Shown here in pieces: positions 1-9,758 of a stretch of DNA of 64,000 nt. The notes under the pieces were generated by a model. That model was not told the DNA's origin and did no database searches. It saw only the letters and a list, made by a program, of their open reading frames with translations. How positions within the stretch are numbered: the first letter of the stretch is position 1; each line of letters starts with the position of its first letter. The stretch is from an uncultured Thermotogae bacterium. Lineage in GTDB: Bacteria; Bipolaricaulota; Bipolaricaulia; RBG-16-55-9; DRXL01. The DNA lies in contig CAYYOG010000001.1 in NCBI GenBank assembly GCA_964473325.1, positions 133,694 through 197,693 on the forward strand. The letters run 5' to 3'. A program made the translations under genes and the position numbers.

Positions 1-633
1 CTCCGCAGCCCTGAGACTATAAAAGAGCATCAGCCCGCACGCAAAGATCGTGACGTCCGTGCCGGGGCGCACGATCTGAGCTCGCCCGATCTCAAAAGTC
101 ACAGACTCGTCGAAGACGACGGGAAATGCCGCGCGCGCTAAGCGCACATAGACTGGCCCAGAATGCTTATACACAGCATAGATTGCTTTTTTTGTCTCGT
201 AGTAATCTGCTGGGACGATAACAGTCATGTTGGGCAAGGCTCTCATCACAGCGATGTCTTCGACGGTCTGGTGCGACGCCCCGTCTTCGCCAACAGTGAT
301 GCCCCCATGCGTCGCGACGATCTTGACGGGCAAATTGTTATACGCGATCGTTTGACGGATCTGTTCAAAAGCTTTTTCGACGAAGATCGCAAACGTGCTG
401 ACGAAGGGCTTTTTGCCCGACAGCGCCAACCCTGCTGCGGCGCTCATCATATTGGCTTCGGCGACGCCAAAATCAAAAAATCTCTCGGGGAATTTCTCTT
501 TGAACCAATTTAAGCGCGTCGAGCCGGGCAGATCTGCCGTGAGCGCCACGATATCTTTGTCTTGGGCAGCTAGCTCTAAGAGCGCCTCGCCGAAGGCGTT
601 GCGGGTCTCTAAGTATGTGACTGCTGGGGCCAT
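1..633 (-). CDS. Transketolase, C-terminal subunit. The 5' end (start codon) is at 633; the 3' end lies beyond position 1.
   Basis: Reverse-strand translation from the ATG at 633-631 gives [77 protein letters not shown]..., typical of the TktB / transketolase pyrimidine-binding subunit. The frame is open to the window edge. Confidence 0.8.
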   Translation of the reverse strand, partial: MAPAVTYLETRNAFGEALLELAAQDKDIVALTADLPGSTRLNWFKEKFPERFFDFGVAEANMMSAAAGLALSGKKPFVSTFAIFVEKAFEQIRQTIAYNNLPVKIVATHGGITVGEDGASHQTVEDIAVMRALPNMTVIVPADYYETKKAIYAVYKHSGPVYVRLARAAFPVVFDESVTFEIGRAQIVRPGTDVTIFACGLMLFYSLRAAE

Positions 634-1043
634 TAGCTCTCTCCCTTCAGGCGGGCGCGCGCGACTTCGACGACCTCTTGGGCCAGCCGCGCAGCCTCTT
701 CTGCAGCTTCACGCGTATAGACCCTTGCAGGGATGCTCCCTGGGAGACTATTGGGGTAGCGCGTCGGCACATAGTAGCTATCTAAGATGGCCCAGCGCTG
801 GGCATGTGCTGCAAATACGGCATCATACTGGGCAGCGTCATGACAGAGCCGCTCTACTGAGTGTCCCAGCACGATCTCGCGCCCTTGAGCATATAAGAAC
901 CCTTTGAGGGCTTTCTCGGCGACTTGCTGCGCGAGAAAGCACGCAATATGATATGCCCCCTCGCGCACGAGATGGTGCGTCCATTTCAGATCTTCTTCAG
1001 CTTGTTCCAGCCAGCGCCGGCCCTCATTCGTCGGTTCTCTCAT
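633..1043 (-). CDS. hepT: HEPN-domain toxin, HepT-like, of a HepT/MntA module
   Basis: ORF 633..1172 trimmed to the internal Met ([21 protein letters not shown]...). It has a HEPN-like helical domain. It overlaps the mntA stop by about 20 nt. Its TAA stop overlaps the tkt ATG (TAATG). Confidence 0.65.
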   Translation of the reverse strand: MREPTNEGRRWLEQAEEDLKWTHHLVREGAYHIACFLAQQVAEKALKGFLYAQGREIVLGHSVERLCHDAAQYDAVFAAHAQRWAILDSYYVPTRYPNSLPGSIPARVYTREAAEEAARLAQEVVEVARARLKGES

Positions 1044-1392
1044 AGATGATCCGTCCCTGCAAGAGGGCTTGCTTGACAAACCCATGCTCGCGCGCCTGAG
1101 CAAATTCTTCAGGCGTGTACCCGATAAGATCAAGATCGACGTCCAGCTCCACCAGCGTTGCCAGGCGCTCATAGAGCCACGCTGTGCGCGTGATCACGTC
1201 GTGCTCCGAACGCATGACGACGAGCAGATCGAGATCGGTGCAAAGGTCGCGCCGGCCACGCACATACGAGCCGAAGAGCCAAACGCGCTCGACTTCTGGG
1301 ATCTGGGCGAACGCCTTGGGCAGGGCTTCCACAACGCGCGCCAGCGCGTCTGCGTAGCGGGCGCGCTCCCGCTCTAAACCGATCGCACTCAT
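1024..1392 (-). CDS. mntA: Minimal nucleotidyltransferase antitoxin, MntA-like
   Basis: Contains [21 protein letters not shown], the GS...D.D nucleotidyltransferase motif. The MSAIGL start at 1392 forms an ATGA overlap with the tal stop. Confidence 0.7.
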   Translation of the reverse strand: MSAIGLERERARYADALARVVEALPKAFAQIPEVERVWLFGSYVRGRRDLCTDLDLLVVMRSEHDVITRTAWLYERLATLVELDVDLDLIGYTPEEFAQAREHGFVKQALLQGRIIYERTDE

Positions 1393-2033
1393 CGCTTCAG
1401 CTTCCCCCAATCAGCTAAAAACTGCTGCAATCCCAGATCCGTCAACGGGTGCTCAAAGAGCTTTTCAAAGACCGCATAGGGCATGGTCGCAATGTCCGCG
1501 CCGGCCAATGCTGCCTCGACCACGTGCATGGGATGGCGAACACTCGCGACGATCACCTCGGTTTCAAATCCGTAGTTGTCAAAGATCTGAATGATCTTGG
1601 AGACGAGTTCCATGCCATCCTCGCTGCGGTCGTCCAAGCGCCCCACAAAGGGGCTGACGTAATCCGCTCCGGCTTTCGCAGCGATGAGCGCTTGGCTGGG
1701 CGAGAACACGAGCGTTACATTTGTTGGGATTCCCTCATCGGAGAGCCTTCGGACAGCTTTCATCCCCTCGCGGGTCATAGGGATCTTCACAACGATCTTC
1801 TCGTCGAGCTCCGCCCAGTGGCGAGCTTCTTTGATCATCCCCTCACAGTCAGCGCTGATGACCTCAGCGTTAACGGGGCCGTCCACAATGGCACAGATCT
1901 CTTGGATGACTTGGACGGGGTCGCGGCCCTCCTTCGCTAAGAGAGTCGGGTTGGTCGTGACACCATCGAGCACGCCCATCTCCGAGGCTTGCTGGATCTC
2001 TCTGACGTTGGCAGTATCGAGAAAGAATTTCAT
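1389..2033 (-). CDS. tal: Transaldolase / fructose-6-phosphate aldolase family (short Tal)
   Basis: [31 protein letters not shown]...[19 protein letters not shown] ribosome-binding site lies upstream of the ATG at 2033. Confidence 0.85.
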   Translation of the reverse strand: MKFFLDTANVREIQQASEMGVLDGVTTNPTLLAKEGRDPVQVIQEICAIVDGPVNAEVISADCEGMIKEARHWAELDEKIVVKIPMTREGMKAVRRLSDEGIPTNVTLVFSPSQALIAAKAGADYVSPFVGRLDDRSEDGMELVSKIIQIFDNYGFETEVIVASVRHPMHVVEAALAGADIATMPYAVFEKLFEHPLTDLGLQQFLADWGKLKR

Positions 2034-2084
2034 ACGTGACCTCCCCCCTGCACCCTTCCCCAACGCGAGAAGGGCATTCCAAGG

Positions 2085-2945
2085 TTAGGTTGTATCATAC
2101 CGCACGGCACGGATGCGTGCCAAGTTTGTGGGATCGGACTGCTCATCGTCCTTGGGAGTCTCTAAGATAAACGGCTTGTCACGCAGCGCCGGATGATTGA
2201 CGATGAGGCGAAAGCCCTCGGTCCCAATGTGGCCCTGCCCAATGTGCTCATGGCGATCTCGCCGCGATCCCAACGGGAACTTTGAGTCGTTCAAGTGCAC
2301 GAGCACAACGCGATCCAACCCGATCTCGCGATCAAGCTCTGCGAGCATTTGCTCCAGCCTGTAGGGCGTCGTCATGTCGTAGCCGGCACAAAAAGCATGG
2401 CACGTGTCTATACAGACCCCAACCCGGCTCCTATCCTTTATATTATTAAGTACAGTCCCCAGCTCAGCGAACGAAGCCCCCAGCTCCGTGCCCTCACCAG
2501 CAGAGTTCTCTAAGAGAATTTTGACGTCAGGGGCGTCTTGGGCTTGCGGGCTGGCTAAGACCATATCTATCGCCTCGACGATGCGCTCAAGACCCCTCTC
2601 GACGCCCTGGCCCATGTGTGCCCCGATGTGGGTATTGACGTGAGGAATTTGTAGCTCTCCTGCACGCTGGACTTCGTCTTTGAGGGCTTGCACCGAAAGC
2701 TTGAAATTTTTCGGGTCAGGGGAAGCAAGATTAATCAAATAGATAGTATGGATGACGACGTACTCGATGTGAGCGCGCTGGCGCCGCTCGATAAATTTTT
2801 TGGCGTCGTCGGGCTTGAGGGGCCCCATCTTCCAGCTGCGTGCGTTATGCGAGAAGATCTGCAGCGCGTTGATTTTTAACTCCTCCGCACGGGCGACAGC
2901 CTGCTCAAGCCCGCCAGATATAGATACGTGACAACCTAAGAGCAT
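2085..2945 (-). CDS. nfo: Endonuclease IV (AP endonuclease)
   Basis: MLLGCHVSISGGL...HIGAHMGQG...CIDTCHAFCAGYD...LVHLNDSK, the Nfo / TIM-barrel AP endonuclease motifs. Confidence 0.85.
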   Translation of the reverse strand: MLLGCHVSISGGLEQAVARAEELKINALQIFSHNARSWKMGPLKPDDAKKFIERRQRAHIEYVVIHTIYLINLASPDPKNFKLSVQALKDEVQRAGELQIPHVNTHIGAHMGQGVERGLERIVEAIDMVLASPQAQDAPDVKILLENSAGEGTELGASFAELGTVLNNIKDRSRVGVCIDTCHAFCAGYDMTTPYRLEQMLAELDREIGLDRVVLVHLNDSKFPLGSRRDRHEHIGQGHIGTEGFRLIVNHPALRDKPFILETPKDDEQSDPTNLARIRAVRYDTT

Positions 2946-3052
2946 AAGAAAATACCCCCGAAACGACCAGCTGTCTTCTGGGCTTTCCCTGGCCTATTCC
3001 GTGAGCTCCCCAATTCTCACCGACATGAGTATAATCTCACCAGCGCGCTCCG

Positions 3053-3808
3053 TCAAAAGCCAAACAATGCTCGGGCATTCTGCGTCGTCGCCCGTGCGAT
3101 CTCGCCGAGGGGGAGCTTTTTTATCTGAGCAACCGCGTGGGCGACATAGCGCACGAAGCTTGGCTCATTGCGCTTGCCCCGCATCGGCACGGGAGCAAGA
3201 TACGGGCAGTCTGTTTCAACTAATAACCTCTCTAACGGGATCTTCGCGACGGCGTCGCGCAGCGCCTGAGACCTCTCAAACGTCACGATCCCGTTCACTG
3301 ACAGATACATTCCCAAATCGAGCAACTTTTGGGCAAGCTCCCAATCCCCCGTGAAACTGTGAATGACCCCGCGCACGCTGGGGTGCTCGCTCAGCACGTT
3401 AAGAAGATCTTCAGCACTATCACGCAAATGGATCACAACGGGCTTGTTCAGCTCGCAAGCCAGGGCGAGCTGCGCCCGAAAGGCTCTCTGTTGGCTTGCG
3501 CGCGGCGCGTACTCTTTGAAGTAATCTAAGCCGATCTCACCGACGGCCACGACTTCCGGCTCAGCGCACAGCGTGCGCAGCTGTTCTACCGTCGCCTTCC
3601 CAGAGAGCTGCTCAGCGTGGTGAGGATGAATCCCTACGGTGCAGACCAGCTCGTACTTGCGTGCGATCTCTAGGGTCTTCCAGCTAGAAGCGACGCCCGT
3701 GGCAATCGAGATAATACTGACACCGGTATCGCGGGCACGTCGGATGACGTGCTCGCGATCTCTGTCAAACTGGGAGCTGTCCAAATGGGCGTGGCTATCA
3801 ATAAGCAT
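3053..3808 (-). CDS. tatD: TatD-family metal-dependent hydrolase (DNase)
   Basis: MLIDSHAHLD...GEIGLDY...VIHSFTG...ETDCPYLAPVP, the TatD signature. Confidence 0.85.
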   Translation of the reverse strand: MLIDSHAHLDSSQFDRDREHVIRRARDTGVSIISIATGVASSWKTLEIARKYELVCTVGIHPHHAEQLSGKATVEQLRTLCAEPEVVAVGEIGLDYFKEYAPRASQQRAFRAQLALACELNKPVVIHLRDSAEDLLNVLSEHPSVRGVIHSFTGDWELAQKLLDLGMYLSVNGIVTFERSQALRDAVAKIPLERLLVETDCPYLAPVPMRGKRNEPSFVRYVAHAVAQIKKLPLGEIARATTQNARALFGF

Positions 3809-3811
3809 GAT

Positions 3812-5359
3812 TCACTCAAACTCTCGCAGAGCGCCTGGCAAGGCGCGCAGCACGTCAGAAGCGATCATCCCGCGCTCGCCCACGTCGGGCTTTATCAGAT
3901 CTGCCGCCCGCCCATGAAGATAGACTGCACAGACGCTTGCTGTTACGCTGTCAAGCCCCTGTGCCAGTAAGCCACCAAGACAGCCTGTCAGCACATCCCC
4001 ACTGCCCCCGCTTGCCAGGCCGGAGTTGCCCGTCGCATTGATAAAGACTTCTCCGTCAGGTGTCGCCGTCACAGTGGGGACGCCCTTGAGCACCAGCACG
4101 CTGTGAAACTGTCTTGCGGTCTCGCGGGCGATGCCGACTCGGTCGGCCTCGATCTCGTCCACGCTCTTGGCGATTAAACGAGAGAGCTCCCCTGGGTGTG
4201 GCGTGAGCACCGTGGGCGCCATGCGTTTGGTGAGAAGCTTCTTGGCTTCTGTGCCCAGGGCGTTGAGCCCATCGGCATCGATAACTAACGGCTTGTTGGC
4301 TTGTGCGACAAGCTGGTGTACTGTCCTAACAGTCTGCGGGTGTCGTCCCAGCCCTGGTCCCACAACCAGCACGTCTTTATCTTGGAGCATCTCCAAGATT
4401 TTTGGGAGAGCCGAAGATGCGATAGCGCCGTCTATGTCTGGCAGGCCGAGTTTGATGACTTCGGTGAGCTTGGCTTCCATCGCGGGCAGCAGACTTTCGG
4501 GCACAGCCAGATAGACTAAGCCCGCTCCAGCGCGCAGCGCCGCTTCGGCACAGAGCGCTGCTGCGCCCGTGTACCCCCGCGAGCCTGCAATGACCAACAC
4601 TTTGCCATAGTCGCCCTTGTGGCTGTAGGGCTCTCTCTTGGGCAGACGCTCGCGCATCCAGCCAGCATGGACCCATGTCATCGCACCGGCATATTGGTCT
4701 ACCAGCACGCGGGGATACCCGATGGGCTTGATCACCAGCTCGCCGACGTACTGGCGTCCTGGGTAGAGTAACAATCCCAGCTTGGGCAGCTCAAACGTCA
4801 CAGTTAAGTCGGCGCAGACCGCTGGCCCCAGCACATGCCCCGTGTCCGCTTCCACCCCGGAGGGGATATCTATGGCGCAGACAAACGCTGAACTGAGATT
4901 GATAAGTTCAATGGCTGCAGCAGCCAGATCACGTGCTGCGCCGCGAAACCCCGTGCCGAAGAGCCCGTCTACAATAACATCTGCTTCCGCGAGCGCCGCA
5001 GCAAGCGCGTTGACCTCTTTGGGTTTCGTATGGTGCTGGATAGTGAAGCCCAGCTTGTACAGTATGTCAGCTTGCTGGCGTGTCTCCCCAGAAAACTCTT
5101 TGGGGGTGCACAGGGCGTGCACAGCCACAGAAGCCCCCAGATCAAGTAACCTTCGCGCCACGACCAAGCCGTCACCACCGTTGTTGCCCTTCCCAATGAC
5201 GATGGCAATCTTTTTATGGACGAGATCAGGGAAGCGCGCGCACAGCTCTTCTGCGACGGCGCGCCCCGCATTCTCCATCAACACTAAACTCGGGATGCCC
5301 AACCCTGCGATCGCTTGGCGATCCAACTCGGCCATCTGCGCCCCAGTGAGGACCTTCAT
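3812..5359 (-). CDS. nnr: Bifunctional NAD(P)H-hydrate repair enzyme Nnr (epimerase/dehydratase; YjeF N- and C-terminal domains)
   Basis: 515 aa. The N-terminal YjeF_N carries GKGNNGGDGLVVAR. The C-terminal carbohydrate-kinase-like domain carries GPGLG...GGSGDVLTG. Confidence 0.85.
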   Translation of the reverse strand: MKVLTGAQMAELDRQAIAGLGIPSLVLMENAGRAVAEELCARFPDLVHKKIAIVIGKGNNGGDGLVVARRLLDLGASVAVHALCTPKEFSGETRQQADILYKLGFTIQHHTKPKEVNALAAALAEADVIVDGLFGTGFRGAARDLAAAAIELINLSSAFVCAIDIPSGVEADTGHVLGPAVCADLTVTFELPKLGLLLYPGRQYVGELVIKPIGYPRVLVDQYAGAMTWVHAGWMRERLPKREPYSHKGDYGKVLVIAGSRGYTGAAALCAEAALRAGAGLVYLAVPESLLPAMEAKLTEVIKLGLPDIDGAIASSALPKILEMLQDKDVLVVGPGLGRHPQTVRTVHQLVAQANKPLVIDADGLNALGTEAKKLLTKRMAPTVLTPHPGELSRLIAKSVDEIEADRVGIARETARQFHSVLVLKGVPTVTATPDGEVFINATGNSGLASGGSGDVLTGCLGGLLAQGLDSVTASVCAVYLHGRAADLIKPDVGERGMIASDVLRALPGALREFE

Positions 5360-6273
5360 AACAACGCCTCGACGAACTCGTCGGCTTTGAATTCTCTTAA
5401 GTCGTCAGCGCGCTCGCCCACACCAATCAGCTTAATGGGCAGCTTCAGTGCGCTCGCGATCTGAATTACAGCACCGCCCTTAGCTGTGCCGTCGAGCTTT
5501 GTGACGACGATCCCGGTCACAGAGATCGCTTCATGGAAGAGCTTCGCTTGGGAGATCGCGTTCTGCCCCGTCGTGCCGTCTAGAATTAACAACCGCTCGT
5601 CAATGGGGCGCCCTAGACGCTTCTCCGCAACTCTATTGATTTTTTTGAGCTCTTCCATCAGATTGTGCTTCGTGTGCAGGCGCCCGGCCGTGTCGATGAA
5701 GACAGCATCAGCTGCTTCGTTCAGCGCGCGCTCGACGGCATCAAACGCCACGGCTGAGGGATCAGTCCCAGGACGATGCGCGATCACCTGCGCCCCCACG
5801 CGCTCCGCCCAAATCCCCAGCTGTTCTATCGCGGCTGCGCGAAATGTGTCCCCAGCAGCAAAGATGATCTTTCGTTTGCCGAAGTCGTCTTTCAAGCGCT
5901 GCGCGAGCTTGGCGATGGTCGTGGTCTTACCGGATCCGTTGACACCCACAATTAAGAAGACCGTGGGTTGGCCGTCGGTTCGCAGATTCAAAGCTCCTTC
6001 AGCAGGGCGCAGGCGCTCTTTGAGAATCTCTTTCAGAAGCCCCATGACTTCTGAAGAGTCTTGCGTGCCGCGCGTAGCCGCACGGGTTTTCAGTGTCTGC
6101 ACGATCTCCGTCGTTGCGTCCACGCCGACGTCAGCTGTGATCAAGACCTCTTCAAGTTCGCCCAGCAGCGCGTCGTCCAGACGCCGCCCCGGCTGTAAGA
6201 CCTGAGCTAACTGCCCCACAAGCTGCTCTTTGGTCTTTTTGAGTCCGTCCTTGAGTCGTTGAAACCAGCTCAT
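5356..6273 (-). CDS. ftsY: Signal recognition particle receptor FtsY
   Basis: GVNGSGKTTTIAKLA, DTAGR and TKLDGTAKGG, the SRP GTPase motifs. Overlaps nnr by 4 nt. Confidence 0.9.
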   Translation of the reverse strand: MSWFQRLKDGLKKTKEQLVGQLAQVLQPGRRLDDALLGELEEVLITADVGVDATTEIVQTLKTRAATRGTQDSSEVMGLLKEILKERLRPAEGALNLRTDGQPTVFLIVGVNGSGKTTTIAKLAQRLKDDFGKRKIIFAAGDTFRAAAIEQLGIWAERVGAQVIAHRPGTDPSAVAFDAVERALNEAADAVFIDTAGRLHTKHNLMEELKKINRVAEKRLGRPIDERLLILDGTTGQNAISQAKLFHEAISVTGIVVTKLDGTAKGGAVIQIASALKLPIKLIGVGERADDLREFKADEFVEALL

Positions 6274-6274
6274 G

Positions 6275-8017
6275 TTACATCCTCTCTGGGGCCTTCAGCC
6301 CCAGCAGATCAAACGCCCTCTCAAGCACAATTTGTACTCCACGGCAGAGTGCCAGTCTGGCTTGCATCAACTCCGGGCTTGCTTCATCCAGCACACGATG
6401 TCTCTCGTAAAAATCGTGAAAGAGCCCAGCAAGCTCATGCGCGTAGACCGCGATGAAGTGCGGCGCCAGGTGTTCTGTTGCATCGCACACGATCTGAGGG
6501 AACTCGTCGAGCTTCTTTATCAAGCCAAGTTCTTCTGCTGCCCGCAGATTGTGCAAGGCATCGTAGGGCACCGCTGGGGCTTTCTCGAAGATGCTGCGTA
6601 TGCGCGTGTACGCGTACATCACATAATAGACGGGGTTATCTTTGGACTGCTGCTTGGCCAGGTCCAGGTCGAAATTGACGTGGGAGTCAGCGCTGCGCAT
6701 GAGCACAAAGTACCGCACGACGTTGACGGCAAAGTCCTCGCGCCAGGCTTCGCCTGGGCCGTCGGGGAGCTCAACGGTGCTCTTGATCTCGTCAATGAGC
6801 TCGTCTATAGTGACGAAGGTGGCCATGCGCTTGGACATCCTGACGGGCTGGCCCCCACGGAGGAGATTCACCCACTGATGAATGAGCACACGAATTTTGC
6901 CGGGATCGCACTCTGTGGGGAGTTTTCCGCCCTCCCAGAGTGCTCGCACAGCGGCGAGTACATCTGGGTAGGTATCTTGATGGTCTGCGCCGAAGATGTC
7001 GACTATAAGATTGAAGCCACGCAGAAGCTTGTTCACGTGGTATGTTATATCAGGCAGCCGGTATGTCGGCTCGCCAGTGTGACTGCGTACCAGCACCCTG
7101 TCTTGTGGGCGTCCCAGCGCCGTCGCTTTGAACCAGATCGCGCCGTCCTTCTCGTAGGCCAAGCCCAGCTCCTGGAGCAACTGCAAGAGTTTTTCATTGG
7201 TTACAGGCACGAGGTTGCGATCCACATGGTCTTGTTGATAAAGCCAACTTTCATTGTAGTAGACGTCGAAGGCGCGCTCTGGGGGCAATCGGAAGAGCCG
7301 CGCGAGCGTTCGCTTGATCTCTGCGAACAATTCCGCTTCCGCAAACTCGGTGAATGCCTCACCGCTCGCGTTGGCCCAGCTGTCAGCGTACTGCTGGTGG
7401 ATCTTTCGAGCGATTTCATAAATATACTCCCCATAATACCCTTCTTCAGGAAACGGCGAGGGCTTCCCTAACAGCTCTAGATAGCGCGCCCGCACGGACT
7501 CGCCCAAGAGCTTCATCTGTCTTCCGGCATCGTTGTAATAATATTCTCTTGTCACGTCATAGCCGGCGTTCTCTAAGAGCCTAGAGATGACGTCGCCCAG
7601 CACTGCTTGGCGGCAGTGCCCAATGGTTAATGGCCCGGTGGGGTTGGCGCTGACGAACTCCACTTGCGCCTTCTTCCCACGCCCCAGGGAGAGCTTCCCA
7701 TAGTTGTGCCCCTGGGCGAGGATCTCTGCGAGGGCTTGCTGAATCGTCTCTCGCTTGAGGAAGAAGTTGAGAAACCCTGGCCCAACGGCTTCTATCTTCT
7801 CAAAAGGGCTTGTGTCGATGTGAGCCCCAATCTCTTCGGCGATCTGGCGGGGGGCTCTCTTGAGTTTTTCTTTGAGCACAAACGCTACCGTACTGGAAAG
7901 ATCGCCGAATTCGGGCTTCTCCGGCACGGAGACCTCTATCGGTTCTGTGAGCCCGTAGAGCCCCTGGATCGCTTCGTGGAGCTTCTCACGCACGAGTTTG
8001 CGCAGCATCACGGACAC
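6275..8017 (-). CDS. argS: Arginine--tRNA ligase
   Basis: 580 aa. SANPTGPLTIGHCR (HIGH-like) and MSKRMATFV (KMSK) class I motifs. ArgRS anticodon-binding C-terminus. Confidence 0.9.
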   Translation of the reverse strand: MSVMLRKLVREKLHEAIQGLYGLTEPIEVSVPEKPEFGDLSSTVAFVLKEKLKRAPRQIAEEIGAHIDTSPFEKIEAVGPGFLNFFLKRETIQQALAEILAQGHNYGKLSLGRGKKAQVEFVSANPTGPLTIGHCRQAVLGDVISRLLENAGYDVTREYYYNDAGRQMKLLGESVRARYLELLGKPSPFPEEGYYGEYIYEIARKIHQQYADSWANASGEAFTEFAEAELFAEIKRTLARLFRLPPERAFDVYYNESWLYQQDHVDRNLVPVTNEKLLQLLQELGLAYEKDGAIWFKATALGRPQDRVLVRSHTGEPTYRLPDITYHVNKLLRGFNLIVDIFGADHQDTYPDVLAAVRALWEGGKLPTECDPGKIRVLIHQWVNLLRGGQPVRMSKRMATFVTIDELIDEIKSTVELPDGPGEAWREDFAVNVVRYFVLMRSADSHVNFDLDLAKQQSKDNPVYYVMYAYTRIRSIFEKAPAVPYDALHNLRAAEELGLIKKLDEFPQIVCDATEHLAPHFIAVYAHELAGLFHDFYERHRVLDEASPELMQARLALCRGVQIVLERAFDLLGLKAPERM

Positions 8018-8634
8018 CCAGCACGCTCTGGATTATAGGCGTCAATCAGTTTGTCCAAAAAGCGCACAATTCTTTGCTCGATCTGTGGGGTAATCTCTTC
8101 AGCATCGAACGTATCGAGCCGGCCCCACGCCGTCAGCGCGATCTTCTTGGGCAACGACGGGTACGGCGCTACAACCACTTTGCAGTATTTTTCAAAGTTC
8201 TCGGTGCGCAAGCGCCCGATCAATCTTTTTAAGCCTTCGACAACGGGGTCGTCGAGCGCCGGGCTCTCCGCAGGACGATACTGCACGAAGACGCCCCCAA
8301 GCTTCAGCATACGCACTTGAATCTCATTGGGAATAGGTCGGTCATGGATGCCCCAGTCAGTCGTTGCTCCCGCGTGGGGTCCTGACGTCGGGGGAACAGA
8401 ATTGTACTGCACCGTCTCGCCGAGACGCACCTGATAGTCGCTGGATCGCTGGATGGGGATGGCCACCCCTGGCTTGGCAAAATAGAGACTATAGATGCCC
8501 CATCCTCCTAACCCTAACACTATAAAGATTCCTCCCACCATGATCCCACGGCGCAACAGCACCTGGGAGAACGTCGGCCGGCGCGGCATTCGCCTCTTGG
8601 GAACGGCCATTGGTCGTCTCTGGCTTCTAGGCAT
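8008..8634 (-). CDS. DUF3105-like membrane-anchored protein
   Basis: An N-terminal basic region is followed by a TM helix (GIMVGGIFIVLGLGGWGIYSLYF) and a conserved SGPH block. No enzymatic motif recognised. Confidence 0.5.
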   Translation of the reverse strand: MPRSQRRPMAVPKRRMPRRPTFSQVLLRRGIMVGGIFIVLGLGGWGIYSLYFAKPGVAIPIQRSSDYQVRLGETVQYNSVPPTSGPHAGATTDWGIHDRPIPNEIQVRMLKLGGVFVQYRPAESPALDDPVVEGLKRLIGRLRTENFEKYCKVVVAPYPSLPKKIALTAWGRLDTFDAEEITPQIEQRIVRFLDKLIDAYNPERAGCP

Positions 8635-8867
8635 AGTTGCAACCTTTACAAGCAGATTATATCATAGAATAAAACGATAAGTCCACGAAGAGTCAGGCGG
8701 GTCTGGATACCTAATGGCATCGTACGAGCAGATTGAGCATCAGCTCAAGCCTGGCTCGGTGGTGCGGGTGCTAGGCGGCGAAGAGCTGGTCATGATTGCG
8801 CTACAGATCTTCGACATCAAGATCGATCTTGAGAGAATTCTAGAAAAGAAAGGAGCTAGCTGAAATC

Positions 8868-9758
8868 ATGAATCTTAAGGTTTGGTTTCTCGCGACGCGG
8901 CCGTGGTCGTTCACCATGACGGCGATTTCTGTGGGAGTCGGCGGAGCTATCGCTGCCCTTGATGGGGCTTTCGACGTCTGGCTCTTGTTCTTAACGCTGA
9001 TCGGCGCGGTCTGCGTCCACGGCGCGACGAACCTCACCAATGACTACTTCGATTACAAGAGCGGGGTCGATCGCCCCGGCGCACCGACAACGCTCTACCG
9101 CCCTCATCCGCTGGTGCAAGGGCTCATCTCCCCCAAAGAGGTGCTCGCGGCCAGCCTGGGGCTGTATGGACTTGCGGCAATCATCGGACTATATCTGGTC
9201 TGGCTCAAAGGGCTAGCGTTGCTGTGGTTCATCCTCATCGGGGCGATAGCGAGCTTCTTTTACACTGCTGCCCCGCTCAGATACAAATATTTTGCCCTTG
9301 GGGAGCTCTCAGTCTTCTTAATGTGGGGCCCGCTGATGGTCAGCGGGACGTACTTTGTGCAGACGGGCTTGCTCAGCCCTAAAGCCGTGCTCATCTCGCT
9401 TCCGTTTGGGCTGTTAGTGGCGCTCGTTCTGCTTGCCAATAATCTAAGAGACATCGAGTACGACGGCAGCGTAGGGATCAAAACTTTAGGGACGCTGCTG
9501 GGCCAGCACAAGACGCTCTATCTCTACCACGGGCTGATCGTATCCGCCTATCTGGCTGTCGTTGTATTGATTGCACTGAAGATTCTCAGCCCCTGGGGCC
9601 TGTTAGTATTCTTCTCTGCACCTATAGCGCTCAGATTGATCCGGACGATGCAGCAGCAGATCCCCAACGACGCTGATGCCCGCACTTCCCAGCTCGATAT
9701 GCTCTTTGGGGCCTGTCTTATTCTTGGCTTGGTCTTAGAGAAATTCCTCCCCCTATGA
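8868..9758 (+). CDS. menA: UbiA-family prenyltransferase, MenA-like (1,4-dihydroxy-2-naphthoate polyprenyltransferase)
   Basis: NDYFDYKSGVD motif, multiple TM helices and an LANNLRD second Asp-rich motif. An AGGAG ribosome-binding site precedes the ATG. Confidence 0.75.
   Translation: MNLKVWFLATRPWSFTMTAISVGVGGAIAALDGAFDVWLLFLTLIGAVCVHGATNLTNDYFDYKSGVDRPGAPTTLYRPHPLVQGLISPKEVLAASLGLYGLAAIIGLYLVWLKGLALLWFILIGAIASFFYTAAPLRYKYFALGELSVFLMWGPLMVSGTYFVQTGLLSPKAVLISLPFGLLVALVLLANNLRDIEYDGSVGIKTLGTLLGQHKTLYLYHGLIVSAYLAVVVLIALKILSPWGLLVFFSAPIALRLIRTMQQQIPNDADARTSQLDMLFGACLILGLVLEKFLPL

Noticed and set aside
163-907. Plus-strand ORFs 163..513 and 395..907
   Set aside because: They are antisense to the transketolase C-terminal subunit and hepT, whose reverse-strand translations carry clear family signatures.
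5486-7471. Long plus-strand ORFs (239 aa at 5486..6205; 399 aa at 6272..7471)
   Set aside because: They are antisense to ftsY and argS, which have strong motif support. The antisense ORFs carry no motifs.
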